DNA of 39,671 nucleotides. Origin: Gemmatimonadota bacterium. Its GTDB lineage: Bacteria > Gemmatimonadota > Gemmatimonadetes > Longimicrobiales > RSA9. Position numbers and translations under genes: made by a program. The notes under the pieces were generated by a model that was given only the letters and a program-made list of their open reading frames with translations, was not told where the DNA came from and did not search any database. This document shows positions 1-8,930 of this stretch, piece by piece (the stretch's first letter is position 1; each line of letters starts with the position of its first letter). The DNA lies in assembly GCA_018224305.1 (NCBI GenBank), contig JAGTUV010000426.1, positions 1 to 39,671 of the forward strand, written 5' to 3'.

Positions 1-51
1 CGAGGTTGCCGGTGAGCGGGGAGACGGTGACGGCTCGCGTGGGGCTCTGAC

Positions 52-1215
52 GTGGCAGGCGTGCTGGCACCCGAGGCTGCCGCCGCGCCTGCCGACCCGG
101 TCGCAGGGCCGGCGGCGGGCCGCCTGTTGTCGCTCGACGCGTTCCGCGGCGTCACCATTGCCGGCATGCTGCTCGTCAACAACCCCGGGACCTGGTCCGC
201 CATCCACCCCCCGCTGGCGCACGCGGCGTGGCACGGTTGGACGCCGACGGACCTGATCTTCCCGTTCTTCCTGTTCATCGTCGGCGTCTCAATGACGTTC
301 TCGTTCGCGGCCCGCACAGGGCGCGGCGCTGATCGGCGGGCACTGATGCTGAACGTCGTGAGACGCTCGGCCATCCTCTTCGCACTCGGCCTCGTGCTGC
401 ATGGGTTCCCCAACTACCTGGACCTCTCCGAGCTGCGCATCCCCGGCGTGCTCCAGCGCATCGCACTCGCGTACCTCGCCGCGTCCGTGATCGTGCTCCA
501 TCTCGGCCGCAACGGACAGGTCATCGCGACCGCCATCCTGCTGCTCGGTTACTGGGCGGTGATGATGCTCGTGCCCGTTCCGGGCGGCAGCCCCGGCGTG
601 CTGCAACCGGGGATGGACATCGGCGCGTTCATCGACCGTGCGGTGTTCGGAGAGGCACACCTGTGGAGGGCGGCGCGGACATGGGATCCCGAAGGCCTGC
701 TCAGCACGCTACCCGCGGTCGGTACCGTGCTGCTCGGCGTGTTCACGGGTGACTGGCTACGCTCGGACCGCGATCCCGCCACAAAGACCGTCGGCCTCTT
801 TCTCGCCGGCAACGTGGCCGTGGTTCTGGGCGTCATGTGGCACCCGCTCTTCCCCATCAACAAGAACCTGTGGACGAGCAGCTACGTGGTGTTCACCGCC
901 GGCATGGCGTGCCACTTCCTGGCCGTGTGCTACTGGCTGATCGATGTGAAGGGATACCGGGCCTGGGCGAAGCCGTTCGTCATCTTCGGCGTAAACGCGA
1001 TCACCGCCTTCTTCCTGTCCGGCATCTTCGCCAGACTGCTCACGATGATTCCCGGTCCGGGCGGACGCACGCTCAAGGGATTCCTGTACAATACGATCTT
1101 TACCCCATTCCTGACGCCGGTGAACGCATCACTCGCGTACGCGACCGCGTTCGTGCTGCTCTGGCTCGGTATCATGACGGTCTTCCATCGACGCCGGATC
1201 TTCATCAGGATCTGA
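52..1215 (+). CDS. Acyltransferase-family integral membrane protein (DUF5009 / heparan-alpha-glucosaminide N-acetyltransferase-like)
   Basis: 387-aa ORF with a GTG start. The N-terminal block RLLSLDAFRGVTIAGMLLVNNPG...HAAWHGWTPTDLIFPFFLFIVGVS is the characteristic opening of this family. The rest is a run of hydrophobic helices with G/C-rich third codon positions. Confidence 0.8.
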   Translation: MAGVLAPEAAAAPADPVAGPAAGRLLSLDAFRGVTIAGMLLVNNPGTWSAIHPPLAHAAWHGWTPTDLIFPFFLFIVGVSMTFSFAARTGRGADRRALMLNVVRRSAILFALGLVLHGFPNYLDLSELRIPGVLQRIALAYLAASVIVLHLGRNGQVIATAILLLGYWAVMMLVPVPGGSPGVLQPGMDIGAFIDRAVFGEAHLWRAARTWDPEGLLSTLPAVGTVLLGVFTGDWLRSDRDPATKTVGLFLAGNVAVVLGVMWHPLFPINKNLWTSSYVVFTAGMACHFLAVCYWLIDVKGYRAWAKPFVIFGVNAITAFFLSGIFARLLTMIPGPGGRTLKGFLYNTIFTPFLTPVNASLAYATAFVLLWLGIMTVFHRRRIFIRI

Positions 1216-1283
1216 CGATGAAACGACTGAGCATGAAGCGACGTCATGTCGGCGAGCATCACATCTGGTGCGGGATAGGGCAG

Positions 1284-1314
1284 CAAAAGAAAGAGGGGGT
1301 CCCGAAGGACCCCC
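1284..1314 (-). terminator. Intrinsic terminator downstream of the small lipoprotein gene
   Basis: Stem GGGGGTCC (1295-1302) / GGACCCCC (1307-1314) with 4-nt loop CGAA. On the minus strand the hairpin is followed by TCTTTCTTTTG (1284-1294). It lies between convergent genes. Confidence 0.6.
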
Positions 1315-1338
1315 GCTCACCCCTGCCTGCGACCGCGC

Positions 1339-1587
1339 CTAGTTCGACGGCGTGGTGTCAGGCCGCATGGTGTCAGGCCGCGTGTTGATGTCGATGGACG
1401 GGGTCCGGACCGTGGTCGTGTCCCAGCCGATATCCACATCGGCCGGCTGTACGTCATACTCGGGCATCTGGCCCGCATCGACATCTATGTCAGGGGCCTC
1501 GCCCTCTTCCGTCTGCTCGACTGAACAGGCCGCAAGGCCGAACGCCAGCACTGGTGCGAGAATGGCACCGAGAATTCGTGACTTCAT
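1339..1587 (-). CDS. Small secreted lipoprotein, hypothetical
   Basis: 82-aa product from the internal ATG at 1587; the track ORF runs on to 1722. GGAGGG lies 5 nt upstream of that ATG. MKSRILGAILAPVLAFGLAAC is a signal peptide with lipobox L-A-A-C, and the mature part is acidic. Confidence 0.65.
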   Translation of the reverse strand: MKSRILGAILAPVLAFGLAACSVEQTEEGEAPDIDVDAGQMPEYDVQPADVDIGWDTTTVRTPSIDINTRPDTMRPDTTPSN

Positions 1588-1742
1588 ATGTTCCCTCCAG
1601 GGACTACGATAACGGGTTAACAGCACTCCAGAGCCGCTAATGAGCAAGGTGCGGGCCACAAAGGCCATGAGGTGGGGCTGTCGCCGAGGATCGGGACCAT
1701 GGATAATGCACGCTGAAGGCACCCTGCGGAATCGGAGATCAT

Positions 1743-2453
1743 GTGCGCACGCGAGGCAGTGTCGGAACGCTCCATGAAGTGACGGGCCTCATTCCGCGTA
1801 ATCGCCGTCACGGCGCCGCACCGCGCGCGCGCGGTGTCATTGTGGCGCTGGCCCTCGTCGTTGGGGGCGGGGGTTGCGGGCAGGAGCGGGACCCGACGCC
1901 CGCCACGGCGGCAGACGCAGCGATTGACCGGGCGGATGGCGTCAATCCGCAGCAGGTCACACGGGACACCGCGCGGAGCGCTGATGCGGACGCCAACGCG
2001 GAGCTGATGGGGGCGGAGTGGACGGTGGGCGACACCCGTGTCGACCGACCGGTCACCGGCGCTGCCATGTTGCGTGAGATGAGGACAGCGCGTCACGATG
2101 ATTTCGACCGTGTGGTGCTGGACTTCGGCGGTGATCCGGTGCCCGGCTACCGTATCGCGTACATCGACCGGCCGGTGCGGCAGTGTGGCTCGGGAAACGT
2201 GGTGCCGCTGGCGGGCGATGCGTGGCTGTCGATCATCGTCGAGCCTGCCAATGCGCACACGGAGGCAGGAGAACCGACGGTACGCGAGAGGGAGCGCACC
2301 CCCGCGCTGCCATCGCTGCTCGAGCTGAAGCTGATCTGCGACTTCGAGGCCATCGTCGAGGTGGTGGGCGGACTCGGGTCGCCGGAGCGGTATCGTGCGT
2401 TCGTGCTGGAGAATCCGGGCCGGCTGGTGATCGACATCATGCATCCGTCGTGA
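1743..2453 (+). CDS. Probable lipoprotein with AMIN-like C-terminal domain, hypothetical
   Basis: 236-aa ORF starting at GTG 1743, with an in-frame GTG at 1779 as an alternative. It has an Arg-rich n-region followed by VIVALALVVGGGGC. The C-terminal FDRVVLDFGG..PGYRIAYID...RLVIDIMH resembles AMIN-like-domain lipoproteins. The family call is from memory of the motif, not a search. Confidence 0.55.
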   Translation: MRTRGSVGTLHEVTGLIPRNRRHGAAPRARGVIVALALVVGGGGCGQERDPTPATAADAAIDRADGVNPQQVTRDTARSADADANAELMGAEWTVGDTRVDRPVTGAAMLREMRTARHDDFDRVVLDFGGDPVPGYRIAYIDRPVRQCGSGNVVPLAGDAWLSIIVEPANAHTEAGEPTVRERERTPALPSLLELKLICDFEAIVEVVGGLGSPERYRAFVLENPGRLVIDIMHPS

Positions 2454-2477
2454 GCGCGACCGCACAGCTTTACGGAG

Positions 2478-2921
2478 GTGTCGTGTTCCTGTGGAAGGAC
2501 GGCGAGGCAACTGACCGTGCTGGCAGCGCACCGTAGTACGTTCCGCGCGTTCGCGCAGACCGTCGTGCCGGAGATGACAGAGCTCGATGAGGCGGGCTGG
2601 GCCGGTGTGGAGCGCACGGTCGAGCACGCGCTCGCGCAGCGTCCCCCGCGCGTGAGACGACAGGTCGGGCTGTTCCTGGCGATCCTGAACAACCTTCCCC
2701 GTCTCCGTTACGGCCGCAGCTTCAGTGCTCTCGATGCCGCACGGAGGGCCGCAGTAATCGACGCACTCCAGCACGGGCCGGTCCTGCTCCTTCGACGCGG
2801 GGTCTGGGGCCTGCGCACGCTCGTCCTCATGGGGTTCTACACGCTCGACGAGACCATGACGGCCATCGGCTACCGTGCGCATGTACACGGTTGGGGAATG
2901 CACCGCCCGATACAGTCATGA
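2478..2921 (+). CDS. Small accessory subunit preceding the GMC oxidoreductase (gluconate 2-dehydrogenase subunit 3-like)
   Basis: 147-aa ORF whose TGA overlaps the ATG of the downstream flavoprotein (ATGA at 2918-2921). Position and size fit the small subunit usually paired with GMC enzymes. The start codon is uncertain. Confidence 0.55.
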   Translation: MSCSCGRTARQLTVLAAHRSTFRAFAQTVVPEMTELDEAGWAGVERTVEHALAQRPPRVRRQVGLFLAILNNLPRLRYGRSFSALDAARRAAVIDALQHGPVLLLRRGVWGLRTLVLMGFYTLDETMTAIGYRAHVHGWGMHRPIQS

Positions 2922-4444
2922 CCGATCGATACTATGACGTGGTGATCATCGGGTCCGGTGCGGGCGGGGGCACCGTTGCCCAGGCGATGATCCCGCTCGT
3001 GCAGGACGGCCGGCGTGTGCTGGTCCTCGAACAGGGCCCGCGCCTGGGTGTCGATGAGTTCACCGGTCGCGAGCTCGACATGGCGGAGTCGCTCTACGAA
3101 GATGGCGGCGGTTTCCTCACGGCCGACGGAACGATGACACTGGCGTTCGGCCGCGTGTACGGCGGCTCGACGGTGGTGTATACGGGCACCTCGCTGATCG
3201 CGCCGGAGCGTGTCATCCGCCGCTGGAACGTGCCCGGTCTCGATGCAGGCGACCTCGAGCGTCGCTCCCGCTCGTTCATGCGGCAGAACCACGTCCATTA
3301 TCTCGCCGAGGACCGGCTCAACGACAACAACCGGCTGTTCCGCGATGGTGCCCGCGCGGCCGGCTTCCGCTGCGAACAGTTCCCGCTCAATCTCGATGGC
3401 TGCGTGGGGTCGAGCCTGTGCAATCTCGGCTGCCCGAATGCGGCGAAGCAGGGCACGCATCGCGTGCAGTTGCCGAATGCGGAGCGCCATGGTGTCGAGG
3501 TGGTCACGCGTGCGGAAGCCCTGCGCGTCGAGGAGCGCGCGGTCATCGCCCGTGTCCATGCGAAGGCGCCTGGCAGCAAGGGCGCGGAGAGTGAATGGGC
3601 GCCGGGTGACTACCGGATCCGCGCGGGCATCATCGTGGCTGCCGGCGGCGCGATCGGCTCGACATCACTGCTGCTGAGGTCAGGCTTCGGGAGCGGCCTG
3701 CCGTGTCTCGGCGAGGGGTTCACGTGCCATCCCGCCTTCATTCTGGTGGCAGAGCACAGTCAGGACATCACGAACGATGTCGGCCATCCGAAGAGCTTCT
3801 TCGTCGACCGGGCGGAGGCGGAGGGCTACGTGCTGGAGACGTGCATGTACTTTCCGTTCACGACCGCGAAGAACCTGACCGGCGCAGGTGCTGACCACAG
3901 TGCGATGATGCGCGCGTTTCCGCGCCTGCAGATGATCCTGGTACTTGCGTGCGACTCGGCGGTGAAAGGGAATCGCATCACGATCGATCGCACTGGCCGG
4001 CCCGTCGTGCACTACCGGTTCACGAATGACGTGGTGCGTTCCATGGTCGCGGCTACACGCGCTGCCGCGCGCATCTTCTTCGCCGCGGGCGCGGTGCGCG
4101 TGCACGCGCCGACCGCGCGGCCGCACATCATCGAGCGGGGCGAAGCGGACCGGATCGACCAGCGCATCAGCGAACGCTTCTTCCTTCCGGGCACCACCAC
4201 GGTGTCGGCGGCGCACCTGATGGGCGGCTGCGCAATGGGCCGGACTTTAGCGGATTCGGTGACGGACGGATTCGGCCGCGTGCACGACACGCCATGGCTT
4301 CGCGTCGCTGACTCCGCACTGTTCCCCGACGCGCTCGAGATCAATCCCTATCTCACCATCATGTCTCTGGCGGATCGGGTGGGGGAAGGGGTTCTGTCGG
4401 GTGCGGGAGAGCTGCTGGATTCACCATTGGTTGGGCACGGGTAG
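2918..4444 (+). CDS. GMC family FAD-dependent oxidoreductase
   Basis: Start moved to ATG 2918, giving 508 aa. MTDRYYDVVIIGSGAGGG is the Rossmann GxGxxG FAD fold. The C-terminal AHLMGGCAMG and SALFPDALEINPYLTIMSLADR blocks are typical of GMC C-terminal domains. Confidence 0.9.
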   Translation: MTDRYYDVVIIGSGAGGGTVAQAMIPLVQDGRRVLVLEQGPRLGVDEFTGRELDMAESLYEDGGGFLTADGTMTLAFGRVYGGSTVVYTGTSLIAPERVIRRWNVPGLDAGDLERRSRSFMRQNHVHYLAEDRLNDNNRLFRDGARAAGFRCEQFPLNLDGCVGSSLCNLGCPNAAKQGTHRVQLPNAERHGVEVVTRAEALRVEERAVIARVHAKAPGSKGAESEWAPGDYRIRAGIIVAAGGAIGSTSLLLRSGFGSGLPCLGEGFTCHPAFILVAEHSQDITNDVGHPKSFFVDRAEAEGYVLETCMYFPFTTAKNLTGAGADHSAMMRAFPRLQMILVLACDSAVKGNRITIDRTGRPVVHYRFTNDVVRSMVAATRAAARIFFAAGAVRVHAPTARPHIIERGEADRIDQRISERFFLPGTTTVSAAHLMGGCAMGRTLADSVTDGFGRVHDTPWLRVADSALFPDALEINPYLTIMSLADRVGEGVLSGAGELLDSPLVGHG

Positions 4445-4470
4445 CCCGGGTGCGGCACGGGACTTACGGC

Positions 4471-4809
4471 GGTGTCAGGTTGTAATGGGCAATGGGCAGA
4501 GGCAGGTGCATGTGGAAGGCGCACGCACACGTTTATGGGCACGGGCAGGGGCACCCAGCGTTCCTCGTGCCGTCCTTCCTTCCCGATTGGGTCAGGCGGA
4601 GGGTCGCTGCGCGGAGGCAGGTTGCAGGGGCAGAGCGGGAGGCACCTGACAACCTGTCTCCGCGCAGCGACCCTCCGCCTGACCCGCATCAGAACACGAT
4701 ACACGAGAGAAGTACCGAGAGCCGGTCTGCCTCTGCCCATGCCCGTAAACGTGTGCGTGCGCCTTCCACATGCCCGTGCACGTGCCCACGCCCATGACAA
4801 CCTGACACC
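4471..4809. repeat. 339-bp nested imperfect palindrome (long hairpin-forming element)
   Basis: Outer arms are 4471-4549 versus 4731-4809, about 79 nt. They have 13-bp perfect termini GGTGTCAGGTTGT / ACAACCTGACACC and a 28-bp perfect core GCATGTGGAAGGCGCACGCACACGTTTA at 4508-4535. Inner arms are 4589-4624 versus 4650-4685, 36 nt with one mismatch. Segments 4550-4588 and 4686-4730 pair poorly. Confidence 0.85.
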
Positions 4810-4855
4810 ATCCGTTCAGGCCATCGCCAGGCGCCGCGACCGCAGCCGTATCCCG

Positions 4856-5272
4856 TCATAGTTCGCGCGAGCCCTGCCGACCCGCGCCCGTGTCCCGCTG
4901 CTCGATGAGCCGGTCCATCTTCCCGTTCAGGCGGCCGAGCAGGATGCGCGTGGCGCGGAGATCGTGATTGGATTCCACGAGCATGACGGCCAGGTCGCCG
5001 CCGGCCCAGAGGAAGCCGGCGAAGACAATGAGCCGGGTCGCCTCGATCAGGAGCACGCCGAGAGCGGCGGTGCCGTCCTGCTGAAGACCGATGATCATCT
5101 CTGCGATGAGCATGAAGATCAGCAGCAGTGCGAGCGCCTTGAAGAGCTTCGCGATGTAGTGGAGGCCCTCATGGGGCTCGAGGTCCTCGTCGCGCACCTG
5201 CGCGCTCGGTGGACCGACCGCGGCATCGGACTCGGTGCGCCGCATGTTTTTCTCCTGCCGGGGCTCTGCCAT
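4856..5272 (-). CDS. Small membrane protein, hypothetical
   Basis: 138-aa ORF; ATG 5272 is preceded by AAGGAGAG. It has two hydrophobic helices (LALLLIFMLIAEMIIGL, LIVFAGFLWAGG). It starts 22 nt after the stop of the upstream M15 peptidase gene, so likely the same operon. No family recognised. Confidence 0.55.
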   Translation of the reverse strand: MAEPRQEKNMRRTESDAAVGPPSAQVRDEDLEPHEGLHYIAKLFKALALLLIFMLIAEMIIGLQQDGTAALGVLLIEATRLIVFAGFLWAGGDLAVMLVESNHDLRATRILLGRLNGKMDRLIEQRDTGAGRQGSREL

Positions 5273-5294
5273 TGACTCTCCTTGTAAGAGTGGA

Positions 5295-6437
5295 CTACCA
5301 GCGCGCGCGGTAGCCGCGCGTATCGGTGTGTACGAAGCCGGCGTGCGCGCCGGTAGGCGCGTAGAGGCCGAGTCCGCCGATCAGTTCCGGGTACATCGCT
5401 TCAACACGTTCACCTGCCTGGATCAAGACCCTGCCGTCCTCCCTGTCGATGCGGCCATCGCCATTGAGGTCGTCCATGCGTCCATCACCGTCATTGTCGA
5501 CGAACCAGTCCATCGCATCGCCGTACATGTGGCGTGACAGTGCGCCGCGCCCGCTGGTGTCGCCGCCGCCGGTATTGTAGCTCGGCGTGCGGAACCCGCT
5601 GATGACACCGACGCGTTCCACCGGCGTGCCGCTGCGGTTCAACTCGTCGATCGTCAATTCGAGCTTGTCGAGCAGTCGCGGCGAGATGAGCACGTACTTC
5701 GGCCACACGTCGTCCTGTCCCTTCGTCACGAAGTGGCGCAGCCTGAAGTGGCGCGAGACGGGGAGGTCGAGATTCTCGGGCGTGACACGCACCATTCCCC
5801 GCGGCGGTCGATACGCCTCGGAGCGCGGAGTGCCGCCCGTCTCGTTCGGCCACGACCCGACCAGGTACTGGCCGATCCGTCCGCTGCGCTTCTCCGATAG
5901 CGGCACCATCGACAGAACGGTCAGGTTCGGTACGCGCCGGACACCGGCCCGGCTGCGCAGGAGCACGTTCCAGATGCCAGGCGGGGGTGCGCTGTCGCCG
6001 GGCACTACGCTGTCGCCTTCGGCGGAGACGTACTCGACTGTAACATCGTCGCCGAGAGTGTCAGGCAGTGGAGGCAGCGCAGGCGGCTCGCCCGGCTCCA
6101 CCACCAGCACCTGCACCTCGCCACTCGTGCCGCCGAACCCGGTTGCGTCCACCATCTGACGCAGCGCGGCATCCAGCAGGTAGGGCGCGGGCGGTGCTGC
6201 GTCCGACGAAAGCGGGTTGGATGTGACGCGCGCCAGGCCCGGCCGGGGTGCGCCCGTCGAAATACTGTGCACCACGGCCACCACCCAGCCGGCGGCGAAC
6301 AGCAGCAGCACGGCATACATGCCCGCGTCGAACCCGGGCCGGCGCCTCGCGGCCCGGCCCGGGCCATCGCCGCCATTCTGTCTCCGTCCCGTCGGGAGCG
6401 TCGTCGAATGATCCACGGTCAGGTGGTGATTCATCAT
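5295..6437 (-). CDS. Peptidase M15A / DUF882 (YcbK-like) cell-wall peptidase with N-terminal membrane anchor
   Basis: The C-terminal domain carries the Zn ligands SRHMYGDAMD (H-x6-D) and GFVHTDTRGYRARW. The N-terminal helix MYAVLLLFAAGWVVAVV is a membrane anchor. The start is uncertain: ATG 6437 or 6434, or GTG 6461. Confidence 0.8.
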   Translation of the reverse strand: MMNHHLTVDHSTTLPTGRRQNGGDGPGRAARRRPGFDAGMYAVLLLFAAGWVVAVVHSISTGAPRPGLARVTSNPLSSDAAPPAPYLLDAALRQMVDATGFGGTSGEVQVLVVEPGEPPALPPLPDTLGDDVTVEYVSAEGDSVVPGDSAPPPGIWNVLLRSRAGVRRVPNLTVLSMVPLSEKRSGRIGQYLVGSWPNETGGTPRSEAYRPPRGMVRVTPENLDLPVSRHFRLRHFVTKGQDDVWPKYVLISPRLLDKLELTIDELNRSGTPVERVGVISGFRTPSYNTGGGDTSGRGALSRHMYGDAMDWFVDNDGDGRMDDLNGDGRIDREDGRVLIQAGERVEAMYPELIGGLGLYAPTGAHAGFVHTDTRGYRARW

Positions 6438-6636
6438 CCGTGCCGCCCCGCCCGCTGTCACGGGCGGTGCAACCGCGCCGCCGCGTCCCGCCCGGGCGGC
6501 CGGCGACGATTCAGGCCTGGCGGGGAACGCGCCGGCGGATGCTCACATCAACGGGGATGGGCGCAATGCGGGGACTGCTGAGAACATTTCGCGGCGGGCT
6601 GGAGCGCGAAGACGATGGGTAGAGGGTGCATCGCCA

Positions 6637-7938
6637 TCAGTTGAAGCCGGCTTCCGCCAGCACGATCAGCAGGGCGCGCTGGACGGCGCGAAACGATTCG
6701 CGGTCCAGCCACCACTCGCCCGGTGCATGGGTCTCGCCGCCCACGCCGCCGCGGCCGATGGTGATGGCCGGGATACCGAGCGAGATCGGAATGTTCGAGT
6801 CGGTCGAGGACGAGCCGAGCCGCGGCTCCACACCCGTCCACAGCGTCACCGCCATCGCGCGGTCCAGGAGCGGTGTGCCCGGCGACGTGATCCCCGACGG
6901 CCGGTCACCGACGAGATCCATCGAAACCGCGAGCGGCTGGCCTGTGCGCAGCGCGGCATTCTGTTCGTCGAGGGCATTGCGCATCGTGGCGCGGAAGATC
7001 GAGTCGATGGCCAGCAGACGGTTCTGGTCCTGCGAGCGCATGTCGACCTCCGCCCACGCCTCGAACGGGATCGAGTTCACGGACGTGCCGCCGCCGATGC
7101 GACCGACGCTGTAACTCGTACGCGGGCCCGGCTCCGCGGTGAACCGCGCGGCCACGGTGTCGAACATCAGGATTGCGCGACCGAGGGCATGGACCGGGTT
7201 GCCGGTACCGAACGCACCCCATGAATGGCCGCCGGGGCCGCTGAACGTCACGCGGTAGCGCCGTGAGCCGAGCGCCTCGTTCGTGATGCCGTCATCGGAC
7301 CCGCCGTCGATGGCAATGAAGGCGGCGATGTGCGGCGCGCCCGCGCGGAACAGATGCTTCACGCCCCGCAGGTCGCCCAGCCCCTCCTCGCCGACCGTGC
7401 CTATGAACAGTACATCGCTGTCCGTCCGGATATCCGCTTCGACCAGCGCCCGCAGGACGTGGAGTATGACAATGAGGCCGCGCGTGTCATCACCGATGCC
7501 CGGCGCGAACAGCGTATCGCCGCTCACGCGCACGGTCACATCCGTGCCTTCAGGGAATACCGTGTCGAGATGGCCAGCCAGCGCCACGGTGCCGGGGATG
7601 CCCTTGCCGCGGCGCAGGGCAATCACGTTGCCGATTGAATCGATGTGCACCGAGTCAGCGCCGGCAGCGCGGAGCAGTTCCGCATAGGCCGCCGCGCGTG
7701 CTTCCTCACCGAACGGCGGTGCGGGGATCTGCGTGAGCGCGATGAGCTCGCTTCTGGCCGTGTCGTTCTGCCGCTGGATGAAGCGCAGCGCGCGCACCAC
7801 CTGCGGCGCCTGGGCGATGCGTGCGATCTCGGTGCAGCGCGCGTTGACGCGGTCATCGCAGCGCACGGCCTGGCCGGACGCCGATGCCCCGGCCAGTGCG
7901 TGGAACGCGGCAGCGAACAGGAGGGCGGCCGCGCGCAT
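6637..7938 (-). CDS. M20 family metallopeptidase (secreted)
   Basis: Signal peptide MRAAALLFAAAFHALAGASASGQA. M20 metal and catalytic blocks are present: GHLDTVFPEG, GIGDDTRG, GTVGEEGLGDLRG, HAPGEW. The ATG at 7938 shares one base with the greA stop; a GTG at 7941 is an alternative. Confidence 0.85.
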   Translation of the reverse strand: MRAAALLFAAAFHALAGASASGQAVRCDDRVNARCTEIARIAQAPQVVRALRFIQRQNDTARSELIALTQIPAPPFGEEARAAAYAELLRAAGADSVHIDSIGNVIALRRGKGIPGTVALAGHLDTVFPEGTDVTVRVSGDTLFAPGIGDDTRGLIVILHVLRALVEADIRTDSDVLFIGTVGEEGLGDLRGVKHLFRAGAPHIAAFIAIDGGSDDGITNEALGSRRYRVTFSGPGGHSWGAFGTGNPVHALGRAILMFDTVAARFTAEPGPRTSYSVGRIGGGTSVNSIPFEAWAEVDMRSQDQNRLLAIDSIFRATMRNALDEQNAALRTGQPLAVSMDLVGDRPSGITSPGTPLLDRAMAVTLWTGVEPRLGSSSTDSNIPISLGIPAITIGRGGVGGETHAPGEWWLDRESFRAVQRALLIVLAEAGFN

Positions 7939-8411
7939 CACGATACCATCTGGGGCAGCGTGACGAGTTCGGTGATCGTGTACGTGCGATCGCCCCGCGG
8001 CAGCTTCACGACCACTTCATCGCCGATCTGCTTGCCGAGCAACGCGCTGCCGATGGGCGACGCCATCGAGATCTGGTTCGAGTCGAGATCGATGTAATCG
8101 CCGAACACGATGTTGTATTCGACCGTCTCCTTCGCATCGACGCGCTTCAACTTCACCTTCGAGCCGAAGCCGACGCGGTCGGATGCGATTGCGCTCGGAT
8201 CGATGCGCGACAACTCGCCCGCGCGTTGCGTGAGATGGTTGAGCCGCGCCTGCACGAACTGCTGGCGCTCGAGCGCGGACTTGTACTCCGCGTTCTCGCT
8301 CAGATCACCAAGTTCTACCGCCTTCTGAATCGCCTGTGGCAGAGTGACCGTCAGTTCATGCATAAGACGGTCGATCTCATCGGCGATCTTCTGCTTCATT
8401 ACCTCGAGCAT
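7938..8411 (-). CDS. greA: Transcription elongation factor GreA
   Basis: 157 aa. The coiled-coil N-domain has the acidic tip LGDLSENAEYKSA. The C-terminal domain ISMASPIGSALLGKQIGDEVVVKLP matches the GreA/GreB family. GGAG lies 5 nt upstream of ATG 8411. Confidence 0.9.
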   Translation of the reverse strand: MLEVMKQKIADEIDRLMHELTVTLPQAIQKAVELGDLSENAEYKSALERQQFVQARLNHLTQRAGELSRIDPSAIASDRVGFGSKVKLKRVDAKETVEYNIVFGDYIDLDSNQISMASPIGSALLGKQIGDEVVVKLPRGDRTYTITELVTLPQMVS

Positions 8412-8452
8412 AAAGACTCCGGAGAAACGGACGACCCGCGATCGGGTCTATG

Positions 8453-8887
8453 TCAGTGAATGCTTATGTCGCCGCCCACCGGCGGCTGGAACGCTGCTGT
8501 GTCCAGTTCGACGCCGAGCGGCACCTCGGATTTCAAGTCGTTGTTGACCAGCACCACGAATGTGTAGCCGCCCGATTTGCTGAGCTGGAGATTGTTCAGT
8601 GTGAGGATCTGGTTCGTCGCGATCGTCTGGCCCACGCCCCCCTGCGGGACGACGTCGCCCTTCACTTCGAACACGGTCTGGCCGTCGGGATCATACAGCC
8701 GGATCTCGACGTTGTGCGAGCGGTCACGCTCCGCCGGATGCGCTTCCAGCCGCAGGATGAGATGCATCTGCGGATGAACGGCCGGGATCTCGTTGACGCT
8801 GATCCGGTCGAAAATGCCGAGGATATTCAGCTTACCCTCGGCCGTGACGTTGGCGTAGTCCGCCAGCAACGCGAGCTTTACCTGCAT
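8453..8887 (-). CDS. Conserved hypothetical protein
   Basis: 144-aa ORF with an ATG start, G/C-rich third positions and a balanced, beta-rich composition (MQVKLALLADYANVTAEGKLNILGIFD...). No family confidently recognised. Confidence 0.6.
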   Translation of the reverse strand: MQVKLALLADYANVTAEGKLNILGIFDRISVNEIPAVHPQMHLILRLEAHPAERDRSHNVEIRLYDPDGQTVFEVKGDVVPQGGVGQTIATNQILTLNNLQLSKSGGYTFVVLVNNDLKSEVPLGVELDTAAFQPPVGGDISIH

Positions 8888-8930
8888 CCGATAGTATAAT
8901 GCGCCATGTTCGAGTTGTGAACGGAACGGC

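Noticed and set aside
4455-4825. Target-site duplication or transposase association that would make the palindrome a bona fide MITE
   Set aside because: The flanks (..GACTTACGGC | element | ATCCGTTCAG..) share no direct repeat, and no transposase or second copy exists in the window. The mobile-element call is left as a hypothesis only.
4348-4861. ORFs inside the palindrome (4472-4861 +, 4492-4797 +, 4348-4800 -, 4592-4795 -) that encode near-identical peptides such as MWKAHAHVYGHGQ on both strands
   Set aside because: The mirrored peptides are a direct consequence of the inverted repeat. There is no Shine-Dalgarno, the composition is unusual, and several frames are open at once, so these are not genes.
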